From NCBI RefSeq assembly GCF_000004825.1, contig NW_008805086.1:901410-965409 (forward strand): 64,000 nt of DNA. The letters run 5' to 3'. The notes under the pieces were generated by a model. The model had not been told where the DNA came from and ran no database searches. It saw only the letters and a list, made by a program, of their open reading frames with translations. The position numbers and the translations under genes are program-made. Positions 61,951 to 64,000 of this stretch are shown here, one piece after another (position 1 is the stretch's first letter; each line of letters starts with the position of its first letter). This DNA is from Heterostelium pallidum (taxonomy: Eukaryota).

Positions 61951-64000
61951 TTAATCATCACTGTCATCACCGATGGCATCGTCACTATCATCAGAGGTAA
62001 AGAAGTTCAACTTTGGAAGTGTATTTCTAGTTCTAGTTGGTCTTGGTTTTGGTGGTGGTGTTTCTGCATCAGAGGCCTCCGATTCCTGATCACTGATAAA
62101 ATCAGATTCTGATTCTGATTCTACCTTTTTCTTTTTGGCAGCGGCCTTCTTCTTTGCGGGAGCTGGTTTTGGTGGAGCTGGTTTGCTAGTTTCTTTGACC
62201 TTCTTTGTTGGTGGTACAAAGTCGTCATCGTCATCATCAACGATAAATGAATCTTGATCTACATCCATACTATCATCATCTAAATTAACAGTTGCAACCT
62301 TCTTTGCTGCGGCAGCTGGTTTACTGACTTTGGTGACAAAGGCATCCCAAAGAAGGTGAAGCCTCATCCTTCTTTCTCTTGGCTGCTGGTTTGGGTGCGA
62401 TTGGTTTCGGTTCAACAGCAGCGGCTGCCTTCTTGGTGGTTGCCTTCTTTGGCATCGCAGGCTCATAGTCATCATCATCATCGGAATCCAAAGTCTTTTT
62501 CTTGGGAGCAGCTTTAGCTTTTCTGGTTCTTGGTAAAGCTGTCTTTCCTTTGACAGACTTCTTGTATTTGTCTCCTTTATCTTTAAGTCTTTGATCCTCT
62601 GCGTCTTGTTTCTAAGTAAATTAAAATAAATGTTAATAAGTTGTTGATATAGTAATGATAGATATTGATAGGATTGATAGTTACATCAAGAGATTCCGAG
62701 AATTTATCTAAATCTAAAAGATACATTGTTGTGATGGCAGTTCCTCTAAGTTTATCGAGTTCAACCTTCTTCTTTTCTCTTTCCTCTTGGATCTTCTTGA
62801 CACGCTCCAATGTCAAACTCCACAATGGTAGAGAGAGCAGGTAGTCGTATCCTCTGCAGTCGTCATCCATTTCCATTTCATCGTCGGATCCTTCTTCTTC
62901 TTGGTCAGAATTAACAGCGAGTTCCTCTTCTACCTTGTCGACCTTTGATTTCTTGACTTGCTCTTCAGCCTTCTTACCGACCTTCTTTGAGAACTGATCA
63001 AACTTCATCTCTTTCAATTTCTTTACCAAGTCGAGTCGCTTTACATTGGCAATCACAAGTTCCTTATTGACCACAGCAAGGATAAATCTAGCTTTGTTTG
63101 AAAGTCTTCTGTGTTCCTCTTCAAGTTTATCACATAAATAATCCTATTTCATGAAAATAAAATTAATAAATAAATATTGAATCGTTAAATTAAAAATAAA
63201 TATATTAATTATATATACCTTTCTCTTTTGATAGTATTCCAATCTAATCTTGAAGAAATATTTGATGATATCGGTTGTTGTTTCGAATTGTTTGATTCTA
63301 CCTTCTTCATCAAATACAGTCATATTGGTTTCTGCCAATTTCTTTTCCAATTTAAAGGTCTTGTTAACATCGATTTCATCGACTGGCTTCAATGTTTCAA
63401 TAATGAAATGAATAGAACCAACTGTACCTTGATTGGACATTGACTAAATAATAATAATAACAGCAATAATTAATAAACTTGATTCGAAGACGTTTGAAAG
63501 ACTTTTTTTTTTTTTTTTACTTACTTTGACAATTGGATCAGCAATAACAACTTCATCATCATCTTCATCCTTCTTCTTTCTCTTTACAACCTTGGTTGAT
63601 GTAGCTTTACCTTTCTTGACTTGTTTAATCTTTTCTTTGGCTTCCTTTCTCTTTTGTTTGCCTTGTGGATCAATGAGATTCTGTACGAGATCCTTAAAGT
63701 CATTTGTCCAAGACTCGATGGGGAGTTCGGTAATCTCCAAACGATATTCGTCCAACTTTCTCCAGACACCCTTGGCAACGAAATTCGATGTCTTTCCAGT
63801 TTGAAGCTCGATGGTGCCTTTGAATCCTCTGTACCATGGCACGATTGGCTTCAATTCTTTGCCTTCGATGAGCAACTTCATGTTCTCAATCAAGTCACGT
63901 GGGTTGTAGTTGGGAATGGTCGATGACCAACCAGTACCGATACCCTTGGATCCATTGACCAAGATCATAGGGATCACTGGAATGTACCATTTCGGTTGGA
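61951..64000 (-). CDS. top2: DNA topoisomerase II, 3' portion (continues beyond the window end); exons 64000-63525, 63443-63219, 63143-62685, 62611-61951; apparent 1-nt frameshift at about 62346
   Basis: MIPMILVNGSKGIGTGWSSTIPNYNPRDLIENMKLLIEGKEL..., IIKYFFKIRLEYYQKRK|DYLCDKLEEEHRRLSNKARFILAVVNKELV..., and YDYLLSLPLWSLTLERVKKIQEE all align to human TOP2A. The acidic/Lys-rich tail ends ...PRPTRTRNTLPKLNFFTSDDSDDAIGDDSDD*. Donors are GTAAGT, GTATAT and GTAACT. The terminal exon reads in two frames joined at ggcatCCCaaag. Confidence 0.85.
62329..62613 (-). repeat. top2 terminal-exon segment that is duplicated at 56993-57276 (copy 2, in situ)
   Basis: See copy 1. The boundary at 62613 lies 2 nt into the top2 intron (the acceptor AG). 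The other boundary at 62329 lies inside the exon. Confidence 0.85.

Noticed and set aside
62329-62378. Possible 49-nt intron (GTCAGT...TTAATTTAG) in the top2 tail that would bypass the frameshift
   Set aside because: It is too short and too GC-rich for a Dictyostelium intron. Its sequence is itself TOP2-tail-like coding (KPAAAAKKVAT). It does not correct the frame.

Overview
The 64-kb window is AT-rich nuclear DNA of Dictyostelium type: short AT-rich introns bounded by GTAAGT/GTATGT...AG, (CAA)n poly-Q tracts, N/Q/S-rich low-complexity coding, FNIP repeats and an ATG-only first exon in a ribosomal gene. It is gene-dense, with about 30 protein-coding genes on both strands and no RNA genes or CRISPR arrays.

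Recognised genes include a LigB/DODA-type extradiol dioxygenase, a PH + TIPE(TNFAIP8)-like protein, a Cys-rich mucin-like repeat protein, a long coiled-coil protein with a probable tail-anchor exon, Vps60/CHMP5, ribosomal P1, a TMEM14 homolog, a chromodomain protein, APC8/Cdc23, an ARM-BTB protein, SPT2, a discoidin-domain secreted protein, a C2-arrestin-SAM (AdcB/C-type) protein, fibrillarin, a CaCA-type exchanger, an SH3 protein, RPL36A/eL42, a tetraspanin, an ABHD4/5 (CGI-58)-like hydrolase, an FNIP-repeat protein, a HAD hydrolase, two tandem secreted esterase-like genes, and the 3' end of DNA topoisomerase II.

The most unusual structure is a 7.5-kb segment (17072-24592) bounded by inverted-repeat cores of about 400-480 bp and by 15-22-bp satellite arrays. 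It carries a decayed proteasome alpha-7 pseudogene and other gene relics, and may be an undescribed composite transposon-like element. Other notable items are a 285-bp piece of the top2 last exon duplicated into an FNIP gene 5 kb away, an esterase pair whose second member seems to start from an ATG overprinted in the +1 frame of the first, and three single-nucleotide homopolymer frameshifts inside otherwise conserved genes (mucin-like, vps60, top2).

All coordinates were worked out by hand and may be off by a few nucleotides at splice junctions.
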